A stretch of DNA of 64,000 bases, from IMG/VR virus record IMGVR_UViG_3300020045_007949, positions 10,013 to 74,012 of that record. One strand, 5' to 3'. A program made the position numbers and the translations under genes. The stretch is from a virus (lineage: Duplodnaviria > Caudoviricetes). Of this stretch, positions 48,436 to 59,518 are shown one piece after another; positions within the stretch are counted from its first letter, which is position 1, and each line of letters begins with the position of its first letter. Below the pieces are notes generated by a model. The model searched no databases, was not told where the DNA came from, and worked only from the letters and a program-made list of their open reading frames with translations.

Positions 48436-51400
48436 TATGAAACAACATTGAACGTCGATAATGAGCCTTGTTTTTTTCTAAGTTTATTACCACTTCATTT
48501 TCTAAATATTCTGTTTGAAATAGTTCGGGATAATGTCCCGTTATATAATAAGGCAACTTTGAAATCTTGAAATTCGGGCAATGTTTCATAAATAAAACCA
48601 TTCTCCTATATATACTTGTACGAACTTTAGTGGTTAATTCCTGTGCCTCGATGAGTTCTTGATATTCTAAAATTAAATTAACCTTAGAATGAACCTTTAA
48701 AACTTCATCGGGAGTAAGAATAATAAATTGTCTTGCCATTGTTAAATTAGGGTATTCCACGAACCTCAAAAACTCTAACTTGCCTTCTTTTCGGTAACTA
48801 ACTTTTATCTTCATCTAAATTTCTTCGTTTAAGTGATTCACTAAAAATATTATCCAAGTTTGCATAGAAAACCTGTTTTGCAATTTCAATATTAATATCA
48901 AGACTACTCAAAAACTGTTTTTCAACACTCTTTTTATTAATTTCCCTACAATTGCACTCAACTTCTAAAAGGAGTGTGGCGAATGAGTAAGAATCTACTA
49001 TATTCGATTCTATTTCGTGACTATTTAAGTCAATATTATTCCAATTCATTTTCTTATTTTGTTAATGATTTAATTTTTCCTAAATAATCTAACACTTTAC
49101 AAGCTACTTTATAACTTACATAAATATTGACTATTTTAACCCTGTTTTTACCCCAATTAGTCATATAGTGTGATTTACGCTTAGTGTATGAAACTCTTTT
49201 CTCATATCTACTTATTAAAACTTTTGTTATCCTTTCAGTAATTCCGCCTATATAGTAAGCGTTACTAAGCGATAAAGTCCAATATGTAAAGCCATCTTTA
49301 TGGCAACTTAATAAATATTCTGTTTTCATTGTTTTAATAGTTTATGCCTATATTTGGATAAAAGTAAGCATTGATAATCACTTAATTCTGCAAAATGAAC
49401 AAGAAAAGCATACTCTTCATTCAAAAGGTTCTTTACTTTCTCATTGTCATCAATTACTTTCAATTGTAAATAAAGTGATTTTAATTGCTTTTTTGCTTTT
49501 TGGTAATTATTCATTTTGTTTAAAGCTCCCTACGTGTATATTCTTTTTCTAATTTTAACTCAAATGTACTTAAAGCATTTGTAACTGTTAAAGGTAAAGT
49601 AACATGAGAATAATCTGCTATCACTTCATTGATTCTTGAAACTAAGTCGAAGTATTCGCTTAGTTCATTGTCTGATAGTTTCTTGATATTTTCCATATTA
49701 TTTTACAATTTTTCCGTTTTCATCAAATTCATAATCATTAGCCTCCAAAGTTTCTAAAATAGCCTTTTCACTTGTCAAATACTCATATTCTTTTTCGAGT
49801 ATCATTGCATAATCTTCTAAAATATCATTTAGAAATTCATCTTCTAATTCACTCAACTTTTGCTCACTATCATTAGATTCATAGTTTTCGGAACTTTCAT
49901 TCATATAATCGTTAAAAATCGGTTGCCAATTATCCATAAATTTATCAGCAGTTGCGAATGTTTCGCAACAAATAGCATGTTCGTTGAAGATGTTTTGTGC
50001 AACCTCATTTGCTGACAAATTAAACTTTCCAGTTGCGTGCCTATTTCTTTCTAAATCAAAACCTGTGATTTCTAAGCCAATTCTTTTGGCATCTTCATAA
50101 GTTGATTCCCACCAAATATAATCAACGTTAATATCCGAGTGTTTGCTTAGTACTTTTTTCTTTAATTCTTCATTCGTTTCTAAGTCGGAAAAAGAATATA
50201 CTATTTGTTTAATTATTTGCGTTCTCATTGTATTTTTTAGTTAAAAGTGAAACTATTTGATGTTAATTTATGTTATATTAATAAGCCCCAAGAAATTATG
50301 GCTATTTTTTTGAAGCGTCGGAGTAGTATCAAACTACTTTTATCTACACAAACACCAACTCAAAACGTTTACTAAGTTCTATACAGTCAGAAATTAACTG
50401 ACTAAGTACATAATAAGTGTATGAATTGTCATTACTATCTAAATAGTAACTTTCTTCACTACTTTCACTCTCATAGGCTTTTACTCTTATTTCGTCATAA
50501 CTATCTATTCTTTCTAATTCATGTTCTAATTGTTGATTTCTCATAAGTATATTAGTTTAAAATATTTTGTTTTAAGGTACTAAATAACTCCTCTAAGGAA
50601 CTAAAACCATTTAGGGCTTATGTTTGTATCACTTCTTACTAATAAGGCTTTAAAAGCTACTTTATTAGTCAATTAATAGTTTATAATAGTCTGTGATAAA
50701 CCATATATATAAATCTTTGCCAAAATTTGATTTAGGACAATATAGATTAACTTCTTCAATTAGCTTTTCTATTGCTATTGTGCCTATCTTTGAATCAAAT
50801 TGTTGATGCAAATGAGCTTTTATAGCATGGTTGCACTTAGTTACGTTTTTATTTGCCAACTCTAAGTTGTTAAAAAGTTCTTCCATGTGTTTGTTTATTA
50901 AAATGTAAGTATTAATTGCCCGTTGGGATACCGCTTTTTTACCCACTTTTCACACAAATTGTCATTATTAAACAACAAAACTTGCATTATTCCGATATTT
51001 ATTCCGAAAATTCCCAAGATAATACCGAAAAACGTTGTATCAAACCAAGATTAAACAGTTTTCAATGCCTCGTAAGAAACATTAAGCCATTTACAAAGAA
51101 ACTTATCACTAATAACCCGAAAGGACAAAGGACGACTTTTAACCTCTTCAACCTCAACGACCTCAACAAACTTTTGAAGTTTGGATACCGTATTTTTTGA
51201 GGCAACAACCTCAACAATTTGTGTGCCGTAGCACAACCAAAGTAATTTATTCATTTCCGTAGTTTTGTATTTTGTTTTTGAAATAAAATTCTAATTCTCT
51301 CACTTGTATATCTTCACTGAAAATACCTGTCATAAACATTTTTCTGTTTTTCTTTATATGTAACTCATATTGGTTTTTTGTTTTATACAATTTACCAATA

Positions 51401-52622
51401 AATACGCCTTGTTTTAATGTTAGTATAGTCATGTTTCTTTAAGGTTTAATTATCCGTACACTAATGCACGGATAAAAGGTTTATAATTTTTTCCACCAAT
51501 ATTTGCAAGGACTTTCAAAGCATAGTTTTGGAACTTCATAAATTTCACTAACTATGTATGTATGTTTGTTCATGCTTATTATATCCGATACCAAAACGGC
51601 TACGAATATTTATTTTCTGATTGATATTTAGGTTTCTATATAGCATGGTTATAATATTTGATTATTTAAACTAATATCTTTAATTTGTCCGTTCCACTTT
51701 TCACCGTTCAAAAACCATTCACCTTTTTTCTGCTGAATAGAAACGTTAGGCAAGGCGTTTAATCTTTCTTTGGTTGTATTTGTAAACCAACCACAATTTT
51801 GGATTGAAATAAATTTGTTTCTCATAAATTGCATAGCAATCAAGTTACCATGCAACCTTAATTCCATTGCAACCCCCGTGTTTCTAACTTCCATGTTGCC
51901 GCTTTTATAATTTTCTCCATTAAAAAAAGCATTTACCGATTCACTTGTAATTTTTCTCATTGTATTATTTTGTCTAAAAGGTTTGAAATTAATATTAAAA
52001 GGTAAAATATAACTAAACATTTTACCCAAAAAGGAACTGTTATGTTAATATGATAACCGTCCTTTAGTTTGGTTATTTTAAACATCTAATCCTTGGTTTT
52101 TAAACTCCGTATCGTTTTTAATTGACTTCATATAAGAACGATAACCGCCACGAACAAAAACAGTACTTCCAATTTTTCGTAAATCCCTGCCATAAGTAAA
52201 ATTAGTTCCTGCATAGTGGTCTTGGCAATAGCCTAAATAATTCATTTCAGAATCATACAACTCAAAGAAAATACGTGGATTTCCGTTTACATCGTTGTAA
52301 AAATTCTTAGTGATATAAAAATTTGCGGTAGTTGGTATTACTTGCATAATGTTAATTGTTTAGAAGTTTTGAAAAATAAATATCTTACTGTTTGTTCTAA
52401 TTCCATAACCAAACTATCAGTTGTGAAATTATTATTTGTTAATGGTTTCATGGTTTTAATATTTAACTATTCGCATACTTTTCGTATAGAATCTGAAAGT
52501 ACTAAACGGATGAGTAACAAAGTTGAACGCTTTATAATATATGTTACATTGTAAAGCATCGCAAGGTTTACAGGTTTTCATAATAGTAATTTTTATTTCG
52601 TTGCTACGTTGTAACGTTTAGT

Positions 52623-52680
52623 AACCTACCGAACCAAACGAAGTTCGTACACATATTGTGCAAAGTTCTCTTTGTAGGTT
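52623..52680 (-). ncRNA. tRNA-like mini-cloverleaf, copy A (58 nt)
   Basis: Minus strand: AACCTAC-AAAG AGAA CTTT-GCAC AATAT GTGT-A-CGAAC TTCGTTTG GTTCG-GTAGGTT-ACTA. Confidence 0.6.
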
Positions 52681-52960
52681 TTGAATATTAATATACTACA
52701 CAAACTATTTTCTGTTTTTCTTTATCATAATTTATGTATGAATTAACATACATAGTACTAAGGGGTTCTAATACACTGCAAACGTGGCGAACTGCATAGT
52801 TATCATTAAAAACAATTATTAGTTCGTCAGTTTCAAGTTCAAAACTAATCATACTTTTATCGTGTAATGTTTCAGTAATAAGTGAAACAATTACTTTAAG
52901 TTTATTTTTCTTTGTCATTTTGTTTATTTGTTTTATTTAGCTTAACAATATGTTAATTGC

Positions 52961-53023
52961 GACCTATCTAAGTAAACGAACTTAGCTACGTAGTTTATTA
53001 CGTAAAATTCTGAATTATAGGTC
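52961..53023 (-). ncRNA. tRNA-like mini-cloverleaf, copy B (63 nt)
   Basis: Minus strand: GACCTAT-AATT CAG AATT-T-TACGTA ATAAAC TACGTA-G-CTAAG TTCGTTTA CTTAG-ATAGGTC-GCAA. Confidence 0.6.
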
Positions 53024-53372
53024 ATGTTTGCCAATATGTCAAAGAACTTTATTCAGCTACTAAACTCTAATACTTTGCAACGCTATGTATTTATGAGAAC
53101 TAAGCTAATTTGTTTTTACTGCTCAATTTTTTGCCTCCGTAGTTAGAAAATTGATAAACTTAAAACTACCTTAAATTTTTGCGTAAATCATAAATAAACG
53201 AAACAATTGAGACAATAAAACAAATAGGAATAAAAATATATAGTTTATTCAAATTATATCTGCCTACAAATAAAAATGATGCGAAAGATAAAATAAAAAA
53301 TTGTAAAATATTTTCTTTTAAAATGTTTTTCATTGTATTGTTTATTTGTGGCTTATTGCCGTTTGACTGATA

Positions 53373-53402
53373 CAAATGTACAAGCTATTTTTGTATTTAC
53401 AA
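53373..53402 (-). promoter_or_regulatory. Probable early promoter
   Basis: Minus strand reads TTG...TACATTTG at the head of the small-ORF array. Confidence 0.65.
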
Positions 53403-53832
53403 TAGACAAGTAATAAAAAAGTGAAAGTTCTTTAAATAGTTATATACTTTCTTTACAATAGTAAATGTTATAATATAAGTTCTTTAATATATTATAAATG
53501 TTATTTGAATAATGATATAGTATAATTTACTATAAGGTTTATTTATTCGCTATATAGGATACGTGCATACGTACACGCATATAGAACGCAAAACAAGCGA
53601 TATAAAGCATTGTTTATGTGTCGTTAAGTAGATAGGATTATATGAGTGGTATTATTGCCTTGTGGCGGTTGTTTCGTGCCTCTATCGTTGTTGTGGCATA
53701 GGGGTATAGCCTTAGTCAATATTGGTCGAGATTGGGGTGGGGGTATAGTCCCTCCACACATTCGAGCCTATGGGGAGAGTGGGTCTTGTAAATTTGTTTC
53801 TCAAAACACCAATATGGGGTGGGTAAAAAAAA

Positions 53833-53856
53833 TAGGCTGGGTATTAAGCCAGCCTA
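53833..53856 (-). terminator. Intrinsic terminator
   Basis: TAGGCTGG/CCAGCCTA hairpin with an 8-T run on the minus strand. Confidence 0.8.
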
Positions 53857-53860
53857 AATA

Positions 53861-55095
53861 CTAAATCGGTTTATATGTAACTGTTTTAACTTCTTTCATT
53901 TCCGTAAACTCTAAATTTACGTAACAATCGGAATATCCCATAGACTCTGAAAACACATTTGATATGTGCCTAATGCCAAGAAGTACATCAAATACTTTAA
54001 TTACTGTGACGGAAGTTTCGTACCATCTATGAGTATCAACAAGTAATCCACTCGCAACTGTATTGTAATACATAAACTCAAACTCAGGCAGTGCTTCAAT
54101 TAAGTCCTCTTCCTAATCACCAGTATTATGTATCTTTTTTGATTTCAAGACAACCAATAAGTCATCAAAATTATTTATTTCCATCTTCTTTAATTAGTTT
54201 AATATAATATTCTAATAATTTTACTCCAACATTTCTGTTCTTAATAGTTGACCTGCTATAATCTATTTCAATAGCCACGCCATCTGCTTCAAATCTTACT
54301 CCTGATTTCGGAATACCGAAAGTCATATTACCTGCTTCTTCGGGAATACTTTTTACAGTAAATTCTACTCCGTATATTTCCATTATTGATAATCATTCTG
54401 AACCAAGTGGCAGTTTACATCTATTACACCAATCATAACCTCCATCCCCTAAGTTTGGTGGATACAATTTGGGTTCTTTACATTTACAGGTTATAAAATT
54501 ATTTTCAAAATCAAATTCTCCACGCTCGTCTTTTATTTCTTCTAAATTCATTTCCGTCGATTTATAATTGTATCTTTATGTACGTAACATCTAAATTCTT
54601 CACTGTAAGAATAATCTTTATAATCATTCTCCATGCGACTCGCTATGCCTTCAATTTGTTCGCTTATGCTCCACAATTTTACGTTGTCTTTTCGAGAAAT
54701 ATACAAACTTCTTGAAACATCAAGTCGTCTAAGAAGTTTGTATATAATCTTTAAGAAGAGTATGTTGATATACTTTACCAAATCCCAAGCCCTCCTACCA
54801 CTCCAAATTCTGAATCTCTTTCTAAATCTGAGGAGTCTATAATGTCATCGAGGCACGCTTTAATATGCGTCAGGTCTAATCCGTCAGCGAAAGGCTCATC
54901 AACGATTATCGCATATTTCACTCCATCGTCTTCATAAGAACTTCCGAATTGTAAATAAGAAACTCCATCGACGAAATTTTGAAGAATAGAGTTAATATAA
55001 ACTCCCATGTCCTCCCAATAATCTTCAAGAACTTCTGAACTTGCTTTCTTAATTTTGTAGCCAATACCATAGTTGGCAGTGTAATCGACGCTCAA
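53861..55095 (-). other. Small hypothetical CDSs (53861-54073, 54171-54383, a short Cys-containing ORF at ~54385-54550, 54548-54781, 54775-55095)
   Basis: ORF track and manual reading. Confidence 0.65.
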
Positions 55096-55169
55096 TGTTT
55101 TATTTGTTTAAATTGTTAAACGATTAATTTCTGTTTCACAGAACGCCTACTGGCTTATTCTCAACAGAC

Positions 55170-56264
55170 TTATATTTGGGTACACTTAACCCTATAATCT
55201 CTTATATTGTAGCTTGAGTTTAAATCTCTATCAATAGATACTCCACAAGATTCACAATTATATACTCTATCAGAAAGTTTTAAATCTTCTTTTTTGTTTC
55301 CACAATTAGAACATAGCTTTGAACTTGCATAATATATAGGTATTTTTATTAACTCCCTATTATACCACAAACACTTGTACTCCAATATTGAAACAAAAGA
55401 ACTCCAAGAAACATCTTGAATACATCTACTTAGGTTTTTATTCCTAATCATATTAGCCATTTTTAAAGTCTCACAACTAATAGATTGATTCTCTCTAATT
55501 AGTTTGTTTGAAACTTGATGGAAAAAGTGTATTTTCTGATTAGTTATTTTTTGATATAACTTTGCAATTTTTATTCTTAGCTTCTCTCTATTCTTTCCGC
55601 CTTTTTTAGTTTTACTAAATTTTCTTTTAAGTCTCCTTAACTTGAATTGATTTCTGATAGAAAATTTATTATTTTCTATAAACTCTCCATCAGATGTAAT
55701 AGCAAAATACTTTAAACCCAAGTCAATGCCAATTTTATTTTCTGACTTAGATATAGTTTTTATCTCGCTATCCTCTATTAAGCATGAAGCCCAATATTTT
55801 CCAGTTTTGTCTTTTGAAAACGAGCATTGCCTTATTTTAAACGACTTTAGTTTTTCGAGATACTTTTCAGAAGTTTTAAACTTGATTAAATTCTTAAAGA
55901 ACAACAATTTTTCGTTTTTTATTTTAATCGACTGTTGAGCCACAAAAGCCTGCTTATCCTTTTTACTCTTAAATTTAGGAAAACCTTTTCCATTAAAAAA
56001 ATTCTTGTAACTCTTATCGACATCCAATGCAGCCTGTCGAATACACTCCACCTTACATCTGCTCAAAAAATCAACTTCCTTTAATATAGTAACCAATTCG
56101 CTCTGCAAATCAAATCCTGATTTATTTATTTTATGATACTTCCACAAATGAGACTTATATTCTAAGCACAAGTTGTAAGCAAATCTATAAGCATTGAAAT
56201 GATTATCTAAAACCTTTTCTTGCTTTTTAGTTGGATACAACCTTATGTTTAGTCTTTTATACAT
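55170..56264 (-). CDS. tnpB: TnpB RNA-guided endonuclease (IS200/IS605-IS607 family)
   Basis: N-terminal RLYPT..Q; RuvC I GIDLG, RuvC II CE, zinc finger CSNC...CESC, RuvC III DRDLN. All three catalytic acids are present. Confidence 0.95.
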   Translation of the reverse strand: MYKRLNIRLYPTKKQEKVLDNHFNAYRFAYNLCLEYKSHLWKYHKINKSGFDLQSELVTILKEVDFLSRCKVECIRQAALDVDKSYKNFFNGKGFPKFKSKKDKQAFVAQQSIKIKNEKLLFFKNLIKFKTSEKYLEKLKSFKIRQCSFSKDKTGKYWASCLIEDSEIKTISKSENKIGIDLGLKYFAITSDGEFIENNKFSIRNQFKLRRLKRKFSKTKKGGKNREKLRIKIAKLYQKITNQKIHFFHQVSNKLIRENQSISCETLKMANMIRNKNLSRCIQDVSWSSFVSILEYKCLWYNRELIKIPIYYASSKLCSNCGNKKEDLKLSDRVYNCESCGVSIDRDLNSSYNIRDYRVKCTQI

Positions 56265-56399
56265 TTATTCAGTAATTATTAATATTGTTCCCGATGGTAA
56301 TTGCTCGTAGTTTACTAATCCTTTTTTAACCCAATTCCAAACAGTTCTGTATGTTACCGAGTTTTGATTAGCATATTCTCTTATTTTTATCTTTTTCAT
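56265..56399 (-). CDS. 44-aa MerR-like HTH (IS607 TnpA N-terminal-like, no recombinase domain)
   Basis: MKKIKIREYANQNSVTYRTVWNWVKKG...QLPSGTILI; abuts the tnpB start; not in the track. Confidence 0.75.
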   Translation of the reverse strand: MKKIKIREYANQNSVTYRTVWNWVKKGLVNYEQLPSGTILIITE

Positions 56400-56450
56400 T
56401 TACAAATATAAGTATATTTTTCTATAAAAACAAATATTTTTCATAATTTT

Positions 56451-57078
56451 TTATTGAATGTTTAATCGTTTTTCCCAATATTGGGTTTCTTGTTCTAAAA
56501 ATTGATTCTTATACTGTTCTTTGCTCATCGAAGTCAAGTGCCATTTTCTGCAATCACATAAATAATAGGTTGGCTTTCTTTTATCACCAACCCTTATATT
56601 TTTCTCCGCTATCTTTTCACAGGCTAACTTAGCTTGAACTGCTGTATTAAAAGATTTCTTCACGCACATAAGTATCCTTCCCAGTTAGTGATTTAAAAAT
56701 CTGCTGCCAAAAATGAATTTTATTTGTAAGCTCTTTGTCAGGAGTTAAGTACCTATGCGTTTCCGTAAATGACTTTTTACTATCTGCGATTGCGAGCGAC
56801 CAATCATCTGAGTATGAAAAGAAAACTTCTTTAGTTTCTAATTCGTAATCAATGGAATGATATTCTTCGTGAATTTCTTCAACTTTCTTAAATCCGAAAT
56901 CCAAAAGATATTTTTCTGAAATTTCTATTGGCTCTACCTCATCAAGCATTAACATTCCGAGAGGTTTTCCATCAGGCAAGTGAGCGTAGATGTGGTCTTG
57001 AAAAATCTTCGCTACTACTATTTGACCAAAGTCTTGTTGATTTAAAATACTTCCGATTGATAATTCTTTGTTTGTCAT
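56451..57078 (-). other. Hypothetical CDSs (56451-56669 with a Y.CDC..WHLTS motif; 56647-57078)
   Basis: ORF track. Confidence 0.7.
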
Positions 57079-57079
57079 A

Positions 57080-57535
57080 TTAGTTGTCTTTTATGTAAAC
57101 TCCGTTCAAAGTTTTACCAGTCCTTTTTGAAATAACATTGTAAGCTACTTCTAAACATTCTACTAAATCGTAACCGTGAGATTTGATAACTGCGTCAGCT
57201 ATTGAGAAAAATTCCCACGCCACATAACTTGGAGAAACGAGGTTTACAAAATCGTAAGGACTAATTACTCCGCAAACTTCTGATTCATATAATTGAGTCT
57301 CTAATTTAATGCCAAGTTGTTTCGCTAAAATAATTACACAAACACAGAAATCACCATTTGAGTCGATAATTTCATCAATATCATTCTTTAACAACGCTCT
57401 CGCTAATTCACCTGTCTCTTCTAAGAATTTAAGATACTGCTTATCTGCGTTCTCAAACTTAATGAGATTTCTCTCTTCTGCCCATGCCTCTACTTTTTGT
57501 ATGAGGTCTTTTAGTTTTTCTTCTCTATTATTCAT
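57080..57535 (-). CDS. MazG-like nucleotide pyrophosphohydrolase
   Basis: KFLEETGELA...EIIDSNGD, C-terminal CLEVAYNVISKRTGK..NGVYIKD. Confidence 0.85.
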   Translation of the reverse strand: MNNREEKLKDLIQKVEAWAEERNLIKFENADKQYLKFLEETGELARALLKNDIDEIIDSNGDFCVCVIILAKQLGIKLETQLYESEVCGVISPYDFVNLVSPSYVAWEFFSIADAVIKSHGYDLVECLEVAYNVISKRTGKTLNGVYIKDN

Positions 57536-58815
57536 AATTGTCTATAAAATATTCTTGTCCGTTTTTGTATTGATTACCATGTTCTTTGTCGAAAACGCCT
57601 CTTTCAAAAGAATCAATAATCTGTTGCTTTTCTTTATCCATTAATTCTATGGCTTTTTCAATAATCCTATAACCTTCTGAACTTTTATCCCAATCAGGAA
57701 ACTCTTCGTTCCACCATTTCGTTAACTCTTCCAAAGCCGTCATAATCCTTTTTTGATTAAATAATTTTCATAATCCATCCAATACTGATGTTTTTGCGGA
57801 GATAACTCCCAATCGAACATATATGCAAGACAAGAACTCAATCTTGTATATTCGCACAGCAGGACAACAGGATGTGCGTTTTCAAGCATTTGTGAGCGAT
57901 AAGGCTCGTCTGCTTGTAATATTAAATCTTTTGCTGTCATAATTTATTTATTTCATTAATAACGTCATTCCAGTATTTACAATCTATATTTTCAATTCCA
58001 ATTTGCTTAATTAAAACTCCTATGCAAGTCAAAGAACATACTTGTGCATATTCAACCCTAAACTCCTCTAATTCTAATTCAGTAAATACGTTAAGATATT
58101 TGTTAAATATTTCCTGAGACTTCTCTTTCGCTGTCATAACTGCACAAATTTAACGCCATCAATTTCTACTACTTCAATCTTTCCTTCTTTTGCAAGGACA
58201 TAAACCCATTGTCGAGATTTACCTATGGATTTTCCGTAAGTACTAAAGGTTACTAATTTTTCAATGTCTATCATGCTAATTTTGTTTTATCAAATGGTTC
58301 ATACATTACAATACCGATAACTTTTTGCATCTTTCCGTTAACAAAATACTTTTTCCAAGCATCAATATCCCCGTCGCCTTCTCCTAATCCGTCTAATACA
58401 ATCAAATCATTTGGATACTTCTTTGAAAACTCTCTCAAATCCTTCTCATGTTCATACCATTTGCACTCCTCTTCGTCTAATAATGCGTGAGCAGTATAAT
58501 CATTTTCACTTGTTAAATGCTCAACTAAAGCATCTTTTGCCATTACACTATATCTTGTTAAATATCCCATTGTTATAATAATTTTACTATATAAGTTGAA
58601 ACTAATAATCCTGTTACTGAGCCTGTCGCAGCACCGAGAGAATAATAAATCCTTTCTGTAAACGTAGAAATCGAAATCCGCTTAATATTCCACGACCACA
58701 CGAGTGAAATCATAAAACCGCACACAAATACACCTATATAAATTCCCTTAGAGATAAAGTATGTGTTAATCGCTACGAAAAACACCTGTACAAAACCTGT
58801 TGTAAATAATTTCAT
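57528..58815 (-). other. Small CDSs (57528-57743, 57740-57940, 57937-58137, a short HTH-like ORF at ~58134-58274, 58271-58570, and 58573-58815 with three TM segments)
   Basis: Coupled - strand ORFs. Confidence 0.7.
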
Positions 58816-59408
58816 TTAGATACGCTTAATTTTTCCCAAGAATCAGCTGGAATAATAATTCTATCTAAGCTACTATTCTCAGAAATTATCATATCCAAAA
58901 GAACTGCGTAATTCGCCAAGTCGAGAACTGAATCTTGAATAGACTCATTGTTAGGAACTTTTCCTTGAAACAGAACTCCGAGCCTTGCAACCTTAGTGGC
59001 TATTAGTGAGAGGCAATTTTGTTCGGGAGTTAATTGGCAAATACTTCCAGCGAGTTTGAAGTTAGATAACGTATCATCGGAAGTAGAGTAATCTTCTCCC
59101 TTGCGAATAATAACTTCTCTTTGTTTTTGTACGAAAGCCTCAAAATGTGCTTCTTGTTTTTCTCTTGTCATAAAACTTGGTCGTTTAATTGCTTTATTTT
59201 TGTTTCTATACTTTTCAATAATATTTATCCAATAGTATCTTACATCTTGAAAATCAAATCCAAATGCAATAGCTTCTTCAATGCAACTCGGAAGTGGAGT
59301 TTCTGTGCAAAATTCATAATCCCAATTCTCTTTAGCCTCAGAACACTCAGACTCATTTAGTTGGTCATAAAAACCAAAATAAATATCTCTTAATTCTTCT
59401 TTTGTCAT
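58812..59408 (-). CDS. DUF1599/Nmad1-like all-alpha NTP-pyrophosphatase-related domain with an N-terminal extension
   Basis: RKGEDY...NF...LIATKVARL...ESIQDSVLDLANYAVL motif. Confidence 0.7.
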   Translation of the reverse strand: MTKEELRDIYFGFYDQLNESECSEAKENWDYEFCTETPLPSCIEEAIAFGFDFQDVRYYWINIIEKYRNKNKAIKRPSFMTREKQEAHFEAFVQKQREVIIRKGEDYSTSDDTLSNFKLAGSICQLTPEQNCLSLIATKVARLGVLFQGKVPNNESIQDSVLDLANYAVLLDMIISENSSLDRIIIPADSWEKLSVSK

Positions 59409-59433
59409 AACGAAGTTATAATATTAAGTTTAG

Positions 59434-59507
59434 TGGAGATTGAGAGAATCGAACCCTCATCGCCTCAGCTTAACCGAAGCACATTGACTATTTTATGCTA
59501 AACCCCC
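59434..59507 (-). tRNA. Atypical tRNA: UAA (Leu) anticodon on an Ala-type acceptor stem
   Basis: GGGGGTT-TA-GCAT AAAATAGTCA ATGT-G-CTTCG GTTAAGC TGAGG-CGAT-GAGGG TTCGATT CTCTC-AATCTCC-A; G3:U70, A73, short variable loop. Confidence 0.8.
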
Positions 59508-59518
59508 TATTTTTTTTT

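Larger units (their letters stand above)
48422..53333 (-). other. Putative early region of small AT-rich hypothetical CDSs (48422-48814, 48798-49049, 49054-49329, 49326-49514, 49698-50228, 50344-50544, 50665-50946, 51051-51254, 51247-51432, 51649-51960, 52078-52347, 52688-52918, 53166-53333)
   Basis: Short co-oriented ORFs with long spacers and hairpins, downstream of the promoter at 53373-53402. Confidence 0.65.
55100..56434 (-). mobile_element. Non-autonomous IS607-like HTH+tnpB element with its own promoter (56403-56434)
   Basis: Gene content plus a TTTG-20 nt-TATATTTG promoter; exact ends not determined. Confidence 0.6.

Noticed and set aside
53646-53864. 72-aa + strand ORF in the G-rich boundary region
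   Set aside because: GTG start, composition driven by G-runs, runs through a terminator, and has no promoter or neighbours on that strand.
59434-59507. tmRNA gene
   Set aside because: The ends resemble the tmRNA Ala acceptor, but the element is only 74 nt with normal D and anticodon arms, and no tag-reading frame or pseudoknot domain.
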